The notes under the pieces were generated by a model that made no database searches, was not told where the DNA came from, and saw only the letters and a program-made list of their open reading frames with translations. Both the position numbers and the translations under genes were made by a program. Source: Bacteriovoracaceae bacterium (GTDB lineage Bacteria > Bdellovibrionota > Bacteriovoracia > Bacteriovoracales > Bacteriovoracaceae). From it: a stretch of DNA of 64,000 nucleotides. The stretch is from assembly GCA_048270185.1 (NCBI GenBank), contig JBLWTJ010000001.1, positions 1,120,001 through 1,184,000 of the forward strand, written 5' to 3'. Shown in pieces: positions 38,850 to 49,056 of the stretch; the stretch's first letter is position 1; the number at the start of each line of letters is the position of its first letter.

Positions 38850-39569
38850 AATTGATTGAAACTTTTTATTTGCTTTTATCAAAGGAAATAACTCTTCAAC
38901 TTGTTTAATCGTTATAGGACTATTCTTACGAGAGAGAACTCTAAACTCATGCGTTTGATCTTTCTTGTCAGAGACAATTATTTCATTCTTAAGCGCTGGC
39001 CTTTCTTTTATCATCAACTTTAAAAAAGTATCATTAACAATTGTAAGATCCGCTTTGCCACGAATAACATTTTCAATATTACCTTTTTGTGACGTTGTAT
39101 AAATTAAGTTCTTATCTTTAACATCAAATGACTTTTGGTTGAGAAAACCATAATGAAATCCACTTTTTAATAGAATTGTCTTATCTTTTAAATTTTCAAA
39201 AATACTATTTTTATCGCGTCCCTTCTTTGCAATATATAAGTCATAACCGATCGCAAATACTCTCGATACAGTATAGTCAATTTTGCGATAATCCCAACCC
39301 CAAACAGGATTTTCAAAAAAGATAATGTCATAAACACCATTCTTTAAATCTCTATACCTTCTTCGTGGAGAAGTCTCAACTAGCTTAAAATAAAAGTCAC
39401 TTTGATTCGCATTTAAGAACTCCACCAGATCAACTGTGATTCCTTTTGATATGCCATTCAAATTATTATAAAAAGGCGGAATTCGATACGCTCCAACATT
39501 CACTGTAACCTTTGCCAAAGCAGGAAGAGTGGTAAGTAAAAATAACAAAAGTAATACTTTATTCATCAT
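38835..39569 (-). CDS. Periplasmic substrate-binding (PBP2-type) domain protein
   Basis: Signal peptide; PPFY, GITVDL, R..RDL..G.YD. Confidence 0.75.
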   Translation of the reverse strand: MMNKVLLLLFLLTTLPALAKVTVNVGAYRIPPFYNNLNGISKGITVDLVEFLNANQSDFYFKLVETSPRRRYRDLKNGVYDIIFFENPVWGWDYRKIDYTVSRVFAIGYDLYIAKKGRDKNSIFENLKDKTILLKSGFHYGFLNQKSFDVKDKNLIYTTSQKGNIENVIRGKADLTIVNDTFLKLMIKERPALKNEIIVSDKKDQTHEFRVLSRKNSPITIKQVEELFPLIKANKKFQSILEFL

Positions 39570-41019
39570 TACTACTTTCTCTATTATCTAATGGAAAATG
39601 AATGGAAAATTTAGTTTGCTTAGAAGATTCATCGTAAATAATCTCTCCACCATTTTTCTTTACCATTTGGTGAGTTAAACTAAGTCCCAGTCCAGTTCCC
39701 TTATTAACGTCTTTTGTCGTAAAGAATGGGTCCATCATTCTTTCTGCTACTTCCTTTGAAATTCCATTCCCACTATCGATAACATCAATGATTTGCTTAT
39801 TATCTTTATTGTAAAAATAGATTTTAATATAGCGAACCTTTAATTTTTCGACTGCATCAATTGAGTTATTAACTAGATTTACAATAATTTGATAAAGCTG
39901 TGTTCTATTAACAAAAATTGAATAACCCTCTTCATAATAAAATGACAAAGTAATGTCCTTTTCAGTAAGTCGTCCATCACAAATTGTACGAATAATACTC
40001 TCAAGCTCCTTAATATCGACAAATATTTTTTCATCAATCAAATCGGTTCTTGATAAGGCCTTCATACTACGAATAATTTCACTAATACGTAGGGTTGCAT
40101 TATCTAACTTATCAATTAAATCTATAACCTTTCCCGAAGGCTTAACCAATTCCCTTCTCAAGCGTTTTAAATTTCCTGAAATAATAAAAAGTGGATTATT
40201 AATTTCATGAGCGATTCCAGCTGCCACTTGCCCTAAACTGGCAAGTCTCTCTGAAACTAACCCCCTCTCTTTCTGTATATAAAGCTCTTTAGACTTTTGA
40301 GCGATCCTCTCTCCTAACTTGTCATTATATTGTTTAAGCTTTTCATCTCTTAATTTAACTTCATTGGTTGCATAATTAAGGGTACTGGCAAAAATTGATA
40401 ATTCCGTTAAATAGAACTGCTCATTAATAATTGTATACTTTCCTTTTGCATTTGATTTTATAACTGAAAGAAAGTGATTTAGTGGTTTAATTAAAATGTA
40501 GTAGCAAACCAGTGAGACGATAAATAAAGTAAAGAGAAGCGTTAAACTAAACCATAAACCAAGAAAAGAGAAAGTCTTATTGATGTCTTCAACGAGTGGA
40601 CTATTAGTAAATGTAACTTTAATTAATCCAATCAACCTTCCCCTATACTCAACAGGGTAACTTTCAGTCACTTCTTTTGCTCTGAATACACCTCTTTTAT
40701 CTGATGTATCACGTTTGACGAAAGAGAGTTGATGTCCTTCTTCATCTTCAATTGAAATTGCAACAATCGACTCTGCAGAGTCTGTTAAGAAAGCATTTGA
40801 TATATTCTCAATATATTGAGTCTCTAAATTCCAAATAGGAACTTTTAAGGATTCTACAATTTGCGTGGAAACTGAAATACGATGTTTTCGATAATTAACA
40901 TCATTTTGATTTACATACTTATTAAATACAATGAATGCGAGCCCAGAGAAACATAGGCATAAAACAACACCAACAATCATTGGAATGAAATATGTAGTTC
41001 GATTCAAGGACGTCTTCAT
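39559..41019 (-). CDS. Sensor histidine kinase
   Basis: 2 TMs; AHEINNPL, NLVNNSIDA, DSGNGI, PFFTTK, GTGLGL. Confidence 0.95.
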   Translation of the reverse strand: MKTSLNRTTYFIPMIVGVVLCLCFSGLAFIVFNKYVNQNDVNYRKHRISVSTQIVESLKVPIWNLETQYIENISNAFLTDSAESIVAISIEDEEGHQLSFVKRDTSDKRGVFRAKEVTESYPVEYRGRLIGLIKVTFTNSPLVEDINKTFSFLGLWFSLTLLFTLFIVSLVCYYILIKPLNHFLSVIKSNAKGKYTIINEQFYLTELSIFASTLNYATNEVKLRDEKLKQYNDKLGERIAQKSKELYIQKERGLVSERLASLGQVAAGIAHEINNPLFIISGNLKRLRRELVKPSGKVIDLIDKLDNATLRISEIIRSMKALSRTDLIDEKIFVDIKELESIIRTICDGRLTEKDITLSFYYEEGYSIFVNRTQLYQIIVNLVNNSIDAVEKLKVRYIKIYFYNKDNKQIIDVIDSGNGISKEVAERMMDPFFTTKDVNKGTGLGLSLTHQMVKKNGGEIIYDESSKQTKFSIHFPLDNRESSNDE

Positions 41020-41079
41020 TTAGAATAAATTTACTAAGTTATTCTTAAACTTACAACATCTAAAGCAAATAAAATTTAA

Positions 41080-41673
41080 TTAAAACACTGTCGAAATCAT
41101 CCATACAGCAACAGCAAATAGTAGAAAACTAAAGAAGTATTGAGCTTTCTTTCCACCTAGAACATGGGCAAGACGATTTCCCATAAAGAACCACATTAAG
41201 TGAGCACTGGCCCCACCAAGAAAGAGCACAATTGAGTATACGTAGAGAAAAAGTCTTCCTTCTTTTAAAAATGGAGAATAAATCGAAACAGTAAAGACTA
41301 GAAACTTTGGATTTAATGCCTGGAAGATTACACCTTCAAGAAAACCTGGTCCTTTTTCTCCTTCCTCATTACTTTCAACTTTAACTTTCTTTGTACTTCG
41401 AAAGCTCATATAGGCCATATAAAGAAGATATGCCCCACCAAAAATTGGAAGATAGTGCATCACTCTTTCATATTTAAAAAGAAAGTCAGTCATTCCATAA
41501 ACACAAAGAAGTAATCCGGAAATTGTAGAGAACCAAAGTCCTAATAAGAATGGAAGAGTCTGCTTGAAATTATAATTCCCCCCCAGTCCTGCAAGAGTCA
41601 CATTGGCCGGCCCTGGTGAGTAAACAAGTGGAGCGACAATTAAAAAGAAGCTCGTAAGAATTTTATGTAACAT
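41080..41673 (-). CDS. LysE/RhtB-family translocator
   Basis: SPGPAN, GGAYLLY.A, F..G...Q.LNPK. Confidence 0.9.
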   Translation of the reverse strand: MLHKILTSFFLIVAPLVYSPGPANVTLAGLGGNYNFKQTLPFLLGLWFSTISGLLLCVYGMTDFLFKYERVMHYLPIFGGAYLLYMAYMSFRSTKKVKVESNEEGEKGPGFLEGVIFQALNPKFLVFTVSIYSPFLKEGRLFLYVYSIVLFLGGASAHLMWFFMGNRLAHVLGGKKAQYFFSFLLFAVAVWMISTVF

Positions 41674-41684
41674 ATCTATTCCGA

Positions 41685-43721
41685 TTAGGTATCCATTGGA
41701 TCAACGTCAATCTTCGTTGAAAAGGTTGAATCGATCTTATTTTGAGTTCTAAAGATTTGCAAGATTCGATTGAGATCGCCCCCATTCTTACACATAATCG
41801 ACATACTCCAAGTGAACAGATTCGCACGTCTTTCAATCATGGCCGGAGTCGGTCCCCATACTTGAGCATCAATACTTAAAGTACTTGCAAGCTGTCTAAG
41901 TTTTGCAATTTCATTTGTTAGGTTGGAGATAATCTTATCTCGATTACGTCCTGAGACGTGAATATTGGCCATCTTGGTAAACGGAGGGAAAAGTCCAAAC
42001 TCTCTGGCATTCAACTCATAATCATAAAAGCCAGTGAAACTATGGGACCTAATAAAATCAAACATGGCATTATCTGGAAGCATTGTCTGAATCGCAACTT
42101 TTGCATGATTTGAATATCGTCCAGCTCGACCTAGAATCTGAACAATCATTTGATAAGCTTTTTCCATAGCTCTAAAGTCTGGAAAGTTAAGCATCGAATC
42201 TGTTCCTAAAATAAGAACAAGATTTACTTTCTTAAAGTTATGCCCTTTTGAAAGCATTTGCGTACCAACAAAGATATCAATATCGCCTTTATGAAAACGC
42301 TCAAGCTTATCTTCTAATTTATCAAGATTGGTAATTTCATCGCGATCAAATCTTTCAATTTTTTTTTGAGGGAAGAAATCTTGTAAGACTTCTTGTAGCC
42401 TCTCCGTTCCAAAGCCTTTTTGCAGTAAATTCATATTTCCACAGTCTGGACAAATCTCAGGGCGTGGGATTTGATAATCAGAGTGTGAGCTTGAAAGAAT
42501 ATTCTTATTCTTAAAATATCTAAGTGGAACCCCTGTATTTGGATCTTCAAATTTATAACCACAATTTCGACATTGAAGATAATTAGAGAACCCAAGACGG
42601 TTAACAAAGACTAGGACTTGCTCTTCACGATCAAGAGCCTCACTGATAAGATCAATGGACTTCTTTTCAAAAGGCCAAATTGATAATTCATCAATATTCT
42701 TCTTAGCTCCATGAGAGCGTGAATCGAGTAATTCAATATCAGGAAAACTTCCTGCAACCCTCTTTTCAAGTTTAAAGTAATTATCACTTTTAAGTTTTGA
42801 GAAAGTATAGAAATTCTCTAAGCTTGGAGTAGCACTACCAAGAACAACTGGTGCATTAAAAATTTGGGCCTTCTTTATGGCCACATCACGTCCGTTGTAA
42901 GGACAGCGATCACTTTGCTTAAATGAGCTATCGTGCTCTTCATCGACAATAACAAGACCTAAATTCTCCACAGGAAGAAAAACACTAGAACGGACCCCCA
43001 TTAGAAGAACAGGACGATCTGAAGTTTTTAAAAATTTCCAAATAGAATTCTTATGTGATGGTGAAACGGCCGAGTGATAAGGCAGAATAGGACAATCAAG
43101 ATACTTCTTAAATGTCTCCATAAACTGAGGAGTTAAATTAATTTCAGGTAAAAGAAAGAGAACACTCTTGCCCTTCTTTAAAACCTCTTTAATTAGATGA
43201 AGATAAATTAGTGTCTTCCCCGATCCTGTTACACCATGAATAAGAAAACGATCAAAGCCGTTATCAAGCCTTGCACTAATAGAATCAAAAACCGGTTTCT
43301 GCAAAGGGCTTAACTCATGTTCAAATTCTTGATTACTACCAAAATCTGTTTCAACAGCTCGAGGACGTTTTAATATTTTTGGGAGACAATCCCAGACAAG
43401 TTGTCCAAGGTTATAGTGATAATACTTTGCCATCCAATCAAAGAGTTCAAACTCTGATTTGGATAGTGCAAACTCCGAAGTAACAACTTCAACAATTGGT
43501 TTAAGCTTATACTTTGATAGCGTCTGCTCTAACTCTTCATTTGAAATTTCAAATGGAACAACAACGCCCTTGGCCTTTCTTCGGCCAAGAGGAACTTCCA
43601 CAAGAGAACCCACTGGGATCTCTTCACCTAGGGTCTTATACGTCAAAACACTAGGGTGTTTTGGGTAGTTAACGGCCACTTGGCAGTAATGTTGTGAATT
43701 AGATTTATTAACGTCATGCAT
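41685..43721 (-). CDS. priA: Primosomal protein N' (replication restart helicase)
   Basis: GVTGSGKT, DEEH, GSATPS, GTQMLSKG, GRAGR, IDVDP. Confidence 0.95.
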   Translation of the reverse strand: MHDVNKSNSQHYCQVAVNYPKHPSVLTYKTLGEEIPVGSLVEVPLGRRKAKGVVVPFEISNEELEQTLSKYKLKPIVEVVTSEFALSKSEFELFDWMAKYYHYNLGQLVWDCLPKILKRPRAVETDFGSNQEFEHELSPLQKPVFDSISARLDNGFDRFLIHGVTGSGKTLIYLHLIKEVLKKGKSVLFLLPEINLTPQFMETFKKYLDCPILPYHSAVSPSHKNSIWKFLKTSDRPVLLMGVRSSVFLPVENLGLVIVDEEHDSSFKQSDRCPYNGRDVAIKKAQIFNAPVVLGSATPSLENFYTFSKLKSDNYFKLEKRVAGSFPDIELLDSRSHGAKKNIDELSIWPFEKKSIDLISEALDREEQVLVFVNRLGFSNYLQCRNCGYKFEDPNTGVPLRYFKNKNILSSSHSDYQIPRPEICPDCGNMNLLQKGFGTERLQEVLQDFFPQKKIERFDRDEITNLDKLEDKLERFHKGDIDIFVGTQMLSKGHNFKKVNLVLILGTDSMLNFPDFRAMEKAYQMIVQILGRAGRYSNHAKVAIQTMLPDNAMFDFIRSHSFTGFYDYELNAREFGLFPPFTKMANIHVSGRNRDKIISNLTNEIAKLRQLASTLSIDAQVWGPTPAMIERRANLFTWSMSIMCKNGGDLNRILQIFRTQNKIDSTFSTKIDVDPMDT

Positions 43722-43777
43722 AAGATAAAGTATAAAAAGTAAGTGTAAAACCTACATTAAAAACATACAATAAGTAT

Positions 43778-44557
43778 ATGATTACATGGAATGTTGATCC
43801 AGAAATATTTAGGCTTGGGCCCATTGCGGTTCGTTACTACTCACTGATGTTTATTGTGGGCTTCTTCATTGGAGAGCGCTACTGTCGTGGCTACCTAATG
43901 CGAGAAAAAGGCTTCACTAAAGATCAAGTCGGCTCCCTCCTCAATTATATGATTGTCGGTTGCATTGCTGGTGCAAGATTAGGACATTGTCTTTTTTACG
44001 AGCCTGGTTACTACTTAAGTAATCCAATAGAAATTCTCTACGTATGGAAAGGTGGACTTGCCAGTCACGGTGGATTTCTTGGTGTTATTGCGGCCATCGC
44101 TCTTTATAAGAAAAGAGTTAAAGATGTTCCACTTCTTTGGCTTCTTGACCTTGTCGCAGCACCCTCTCTTATGACTGGAGGATTTATCCGACTTGGAAAT
44201 CTCATGAACTCAGAGATTTTTGGTCATCCAACAAACCTTCCTTGGGCATTTAAATTTGTTAGGGCCGATAATATTGCACGCCACCCGACTCAGCTCTATG
44301 AAGCACTTGGTTTCTTTGCAATCTCAGGGATTGTGTATTTTCTTTATTCGAAATTTCATAATAAATGGCAATCAGGACGCTTTCTTGGAATCATCTTCGT
44401 TGGTGGATTTGCTTGGCGTTTCTTTGTTGAATTCTTTAAGGAAAATCAAGTTGCCTTTGAACAAGGAATGACACTGAATATGGGACAACTTCTAAGTATC
44501 CCAATGATCATTGTTGGATTTATTCTAATTCTTTATAAGCCAGTATCTAAAAATTAA
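43778..44557 (+). CDS. lgt: Prolipoprotein diacylglyceryl transferase
   Basis: GARLGH, GGLASHGG, RLGN.MNSE, HPTQLYE, RF.VEF. Confidence 0.95.
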   Translation: MITWNVDPEIFRLGPIAVRYYSLMFIVGFFIGERYCRGYLMREKGFTKDQVGSLLNYMIVGCIAGARLGHCLFYEPGYYLSNPIEILYVWKGGLASHGGFLGVIAAIALYKKRVKDVPLLWLLDLVAAPSLMTGGFIRLGNLMNSEIFGHPTNLPWAFKFVRADNIARHPTQLYEALGFFAISGIVYFLYSKFHNKWQSGRFLGIIFVGGFAWRFFVEFFKENQVAFEQGMTLNMGQLLSIPMIIVGFILILYKPVSKN

Positions 44558-46667
44558 AACCAATCTCTAGCCCTGTTCCCACTTCATTATTCTCTTCAGC
44601 GTGAATATAGTGGATAAAGGGCTTTATTCTCACTTTCTCATAAAGAGTAAATAACGGATAGAATTGAGCATACGGAGCTGAGCAAGCCTTGAAGTTTGCT
44701 TGTGAAGTATCGCAATTTATTGAACCGTATTTATCCTTTGAAGAAAACATATAGCCAAGTCTTAGTCCAAAGCTAAATTGATTCTTTTCATCTGACCAAC
44801 GAAGAATTGTTCTCTCAATTCCAAAATTTGGGATAAAGACATTCTCGTCATCTTTCGATTCTTGAAAATCCATAATCGAGTTAAACATAAGACCTACAAC
44901 CCAACGCCAGCTTTTTAAGTCACGATTATCATCACCAAAACTTTTAGCATAACTAATTTCTCCCAGCGTTCCCAAATCGAGAGAAAAATAAGACTCATAA
45001 GGTATATAGAATATCGAATTCAAATAAGTTTTACTTCCGAAGTTTACAATGAGTCTCTCAGTGGTATTTAAGTTCTTTGCATAGTCGGCAATCGAATTAT
45101 GTAGCTTATTGATGATTAAGTATGGAGCATCACTTCGATCTGTCGTATCTTCCGTATGATGAAGTTCATTAAATAAGAACTTTTCTTCTTTTAATTTTCT
45201 TAAAGTATATTGCGTAATATTTTCTTCTTCGAGAAAGCCAAACTTTTCAAAGTCACCTGCATACAGCTTACTTCCCATGATTGCTTTAGATTTTTTACAA
45301 AATTCAAGATCGAGTTTTTTATTACAATTTTCAATAATCTTTGCAACAGAGATTCTAAGAATCGTTTTCAAATTGTGCTCGAGGTGATCAAGGCAGGAAT
45401 TATTAAAATCTTTCTTTTCAATAACGTTAACCACACAAGTTTCATCGTTAGTGAATTGATACTTGTACGGAAGCTTCACATTCGATTTCGCATACTTCTT
45501 CTCTATATAATTCTTAATAAAGATCTTTGAATCAGCATACCCTACTAAGAAATCAAAACGCCTAAAATCTCTTTCGAAGAAACCAAAGAAGGCATACATA
45601 GGAGAAGATGCTAAAGGAACTGAAACTGTCGAACTAAAGGAATTTGAAAAGCTTGGTGACTCATAAAACGAAAGAGTCTCACGAGATCTTGCTGTTCCAA
45701 TAAAGCTATCAAAAATATCCATTACATATTTTGATACCTCTTGCCCCTTACTTTCGAACTCAGGTGTCTCATAAAGAAGGTGCTTATCACTTGGGTCGAC
45801 AATTAATAGAAGATTATCTTTTGCCACTCTTTGGGCCGAAACTTTATTAATAATAGTTAGTGGAATATTATTAAACATCCCACCATCGATAAAGACTCTA
45901 CTTAGTAGAGATTTCTTTGGGCATGACTTTGTCTTAATATATTGATCGTAATGACAGTAATCAAGGGTCACTGGTTTAAAGGCAAGTGGGAATGCACCAG
46001 ATGCTTCAATGGCACGAAAAAGCATCGTTAGGTTTTCATTTTGATCATTTGTAAACGGTAAATAAATCTGTCTTGTGGCATTTGACTTGATTACATAGTT
46101 TTCAATGATCGGAGGAAGACCTGGCCCTCTCCCACGAATGCGAAAGATTGCTTCATTTAGCATTTGTGGAAATTTACGGCCTCCTTTATAGACTTCAATA
46201 ATCACGGGTTTTCTCTGAGTGAGAGTTAATCCAAAAATAACATCATAATCTTTTCGAAGACCTTCATTCCACAATGCTCTTGTATCTTTATACAAGGCTT
46301 GGATTGGCTCCTTTGATAAGAAGTTAATCATGGACATTTCTTTCTTATCAGCAAGACGGTCGATTCCCAATGGAACCCAAAGTCTCCAAAATAGAGATTC
46401 TTTAACTGAGAATTGATTTGATTTCACTCTCCCGGCTTCAAGTAAAGTAATAAGAGAGTTCATACTACCAGCAGAGGCTCCGGCATAAACTTGAGGTGTT
46501 CGCTTCTTTGAATAATTTAATCTTTCAACTTCAGTGAGGTAACTAAGAAAACCACCCTCATAAGATCCGAGAGAGACCCCGCCACTAACAACGACGGCAG
46601 TATTAATCTCTTTTGCAGATGTCTGAAAACAAAAAAGGAAGCCCAATAGTAGTATCAATAAATTCAT
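44547..46667 (-). CDS. Secreted patatin-like phospholipase with beta-strand-rich C-terminus
   Basis: SGGVSLG, GASAG, ASGAFP, DGG; ends GLEIGFNF. Confidence 0.85.
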   Translation of the reverse strand: MNLLILLLGFLFCFQTSAKEINTAVVVSGGVSLGSYEGGFLSYLTEVERLNYSKKRTPQVYAGASAGSMNSLITLLEAGRVKSNQFSVKESLFWRLWVPLGIDRLADKKEMSMINFLSKEPIQALYKDTRALWNEGLRKDYDVIFGLTLTQRKPVIIEVYKGGRKFPQMLNEAIFRIRGRGPGLPPIIENYVIKSNATRQIYLPFTNDQNENLTMLFRAIEASGAFPLAFKPVTLDYCHYDQYIKTKSCPKKSLLSRVFIDGGMFNNIPLTIINKVSAQRVAKDNLLLIVDPSDKHLLYETPEFESKGQEVSKYVMDIFDSFIGTARSRETLSFYESPSFSNSFSSTVSVPLASSPMYAFFGFFERDFRRFDFLVGYADSKIFIKNYIEKKYAKSNVKLPYKYQFTNDETCVVNVIEKKDFNNSCLDHLEHNLKTILRISVAKIIENCNKKLDLEFCKKSKAIMGSKLYAGDFEKFGFLEEENITQYTLRKLKEEKFLFNELHHTEDTTDRSDAPYLIINKLHNSIADYAKNLNTTERLIVNFGSKTYLNSIFYIPYESYFSLDLGTLGEISYAKSFGDDNRDLKSWRWVVGLMFNSIMDFQESKDDENVFIPNFGIERTILRWSDEKNQFSFGLRLGYMFSSKDKYGSINCDTSQANFKACSAPYAQFYPLFTLYEKVRIKPFIHYIHAEENNEVGTGLEIGFNF

Positions 46668-46714
46668 ACTAGTATTGTATTTGCTTCCTCTTACATCGCC
46701 AAGTTAATAGCGAT

Positions 46715-47218
46715 TTACTTACAATATGAAAGATCTAATTCATCTAATGTTTTGTAGATATCTGAAGTTCCAAAGAATTTTCCCCACAGATCTTGTCCGG
46801 CCATGCGGTCAAGAGCGCGATCAACAAGTTTTAGATTTCTATTATAAGAACGTGAGTTAATGATTGCACCAACTAAGGCACCATCTTGTCCTTCAATGGC
46901 GTTACCATAGCAATCCATATCATTTTTTAGATAGTCGTAGATATCAACCATTCTCTCTTTACCCATGCTTTCTGCTGAGTAATATTTAAGTTGGCCATCT
47001 TCGACAATTGTTAGCTTTTCAGTAATTCGATCGATCGTCTTTTGAGAAAGCTCATCACAAATTCTCTTCTTCTGGCTTTTCTTACCATTTGCCTTAAGAT
47101 CGACAATTGATTCATTAACGGCTTTAACAAAGCAGTCTCTGAACTCCATTGAGTTAAGTTGTGCAAAGCTTGAAGTTGAAATAACGGCAAAAACCGAAGC
47201 TGTGATAATTTTTTTCAT
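46715..47218 (-). CDS. Hypothetical secreted protein
   Basis: GGAG RBS; MKKIITASVFAVISTSSFA signal peptide; 4 Cys. Confidence 0.7.
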   Translation of the reverse strand: MKKIITASVFAVISTSSFAQLNSMEFRDCFVKAVNESIVDLKANGKKSQKKRICDELSQKTIDRITEKLTIVEDGQLKYYSAESMGKERMVDIYDYLKNDMDCYGNAIEGQDGALVGAIINSRSYNRNLKLVDRALDRMAGQDLWGKFFGTSDIYKTLDELDLSYCK

Positions 47219-47314
47219 TTTAAGATTCTCCCTTTGGCTAAAAATTAGCATAAGAGGAGTTCACCAGGATGAATTGTGAAAAAAAGATTGGGTATGTCCA
47301 AGAGATGAACACAG

Positions 47315-47335
47315 AAAAAGGGGCACTAAGCCCCT
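47315..47335 (-). terminator. Intrinsic terminator
   Basis: aggggc-actaa-gcccct with a T run on the minus strand. Confidence 0.7.
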
Positions 47336-47343
47336 AATTTTAC

Positions 47344-48105
47344 TTAATATACATAGTCTAAACTCTCATCACCAAATTGAATTTGACGACTAAACTTAGT
47401 AATCAATATGAAGATCTTATCTTCAAACTTAATGACAAGTCCGACTCGCCCATTACCAGAATACCAGTCACGCCCAAATAGAGTTCCAAGGTACTCAGCA
47501 CCTGAATGATTAATCCCATCAATAATCTCTCTAAATTCAACTTCTTGTTGATAAAGTGCTGAGTGAACTAATTTATGCTGATTTTCATTAAGAATTACTG
47601 GATACCAATCCCCCATATCCACTACTTTATAATCAAATGTGTGAACAATTTTATCGAATGAGAATCCATTAGAGTCCGTTAAATAAACTTCTTTATTATC
47701 AAGCTTTCTAATGAACTTAAGCTTCTTAGGTAGGGCAATATCTCTGATATCTCGTTGATCATAAAACGTACATTCAAGGGAGCGACTATCTCCTCCGTCG
47801 TAATAGTACGCCTCAGATAGATCATTTAATGGATAAGCTATCCCAAACCCACTCTCCTGTGAATCAAGGACCATTTCACCGTTAACCACCTTCCTATAGG
47901 CCGTATGCCCGTAGAAGCGAATGTGGTCACGAGTAGCAAGGATGTAAACCTTGTCTTCATCATTTGTTACGAATGTTACCTGATAGAAAAAGCCCGATAC
48001 ATCATCAGTACAGTAAAGTTTTGTCTCTGTTTGGTAATCAAATTCAGTGGCAAGTGTTTGATTAAGAGTTAGTAATAGTCCAAAAATTGAAATTAGAATT
48101 TTCAT
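47344..48105 (-). CDS. Hypothetical secreted protein, divergent from LysR
   Basis: AGGAG RBS; signal peptide. Confidence 0.7.
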   Translation of the reverse strand: MKILISIFGLLLTLNQTLATEFDYQTETKLYCTDDVSGFFYQVTFVTNDEDKVYILATRDHIRFYGHTAYRKVVNGEMVLDSQESGFGIAYPLNDLSEAYYYDGGDSRSLECTFYDQRDIRDIALPKKLKFIRKLDNKEVYLTDSNGFSFDKIVHTFDYKVVDMGDWYPVILNENQHKLVHSALYQQEVEFREIIDGINHSGAEYLGTLFGRDWYSGNGRVGLVIKFEDKIFILITKFSRQIQFGDESLDYVY

Positions 48106-48178
48106 CGCAAATCTCCTTGTTTAGGAGTTATTAGCAAGAAGCGACAAGATATTATAATAATATATAAATATATTTGTG

Positions 48179-48193
48179 ATATCTTTTTGATAT
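48179..48193. promoter_or_regulatory. Putative LysR T-N11-A box
   Basis: ATATC-TTTTT-GATAT palindrome in the divergent intergenic region. Confidence 0.45.
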
Positions 48194-48207
48194 GATATAG
48201 ATAGCTT

Positions 48208-49056
48208 ATGAATATTAACCTCAACTATATAGAAGTCTTTTGCCACCTTGGACAAAACCTAAGCTTTTCAGACACGGCCAAGGAACTAAATACTTCACAG
48301 CCGGCCATTTCAAGAAAGATAAAAATCTTAGAAGAGGAGCTAGGCTATGAACTCTTTGTGCGTTCAAATAAGACCACATCACTGACACCTAAAGGACAGG
48401 CCTTTCTCGACCAAGTTCTTCCCGGGTTTAAGACAATAAGTGGTGCCATATTTAAGAAAGAACAGAAATTAAATCTAAAAGTTGGAAGTATTTATGAAGC
48501 AGGTGAAAAGCTGTTACTGCCAATACTTGGGCAACTTAGTGATAATGAGAAAATTAATCGCTTTGATCTTCATTTCGATTCGGCCGTTAATCTTTTTGAA
48601 AAACTACAAAATGGAGAAGTGGATATTATTCTCACTCACCTCGTCCCAACTCAAAAGTCTTTCACATCATTTGAAGTCTGTAAGGATGGAACTGTCCTAA
48701 TTGGCCCAGCCAAGAATTCCTCTAAAGTGAAAAACTTAATTACTTATCGAACAATAGATGAGTACACGACTCAATTCCTTACAAAGAATTTCGGAAAAGA
48801 TTGGAGAAGTAAATTTGTTGAACGAGGCTCAGTTAATTCGCATAAGGCCATGCTGAGTCTATGTGAAAGAAGTGATTACTTCTGTGTCATTCCAAGTTCG
48901 AGTTTTATACCATCGAAGAATTTAAAGATATACAAGAAGTCTGAGAGTAGTCACGGCCTCTATATTTCCACTCGAGAAAATTATATCGAAAATATAGAGA
49001 CCAAGAATTTAATTAAAGAATTAATAAGTCAGCTTAAACGCGAACAGACCAAGTAA
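48208..49056 (+). CDS. LysR-family transcriptional regulator
   Basis: SFS.TA.ELNTSQPAISR.IK.LEEELG..LF.R. Confidence 0.92.
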   Translation: MNINLNYIEVFCHLGQNLSFSDTAKELNTSQPAISRKIKILEEELGYELFVRSNKTTSLTPKGQAFLDQVLPGFKTISGAIFKKEQKLNLKVGSIYEAGEKLLLPILGQLSDNEKINRFDLHFDSAVNLFEKLQNGEVDIILTHLVPTQKSFTSFEVCKDGTVLIGPAKNSSKVKNLITYRTIDEYTTQFLTKNFGKDWRSKFVERGSVNSHKAMLSLCERSDYFCVIPSSSFIPSKNLKIYKKSESSHGLYISTRENYIENIETKNLIKELISQLKREQTK

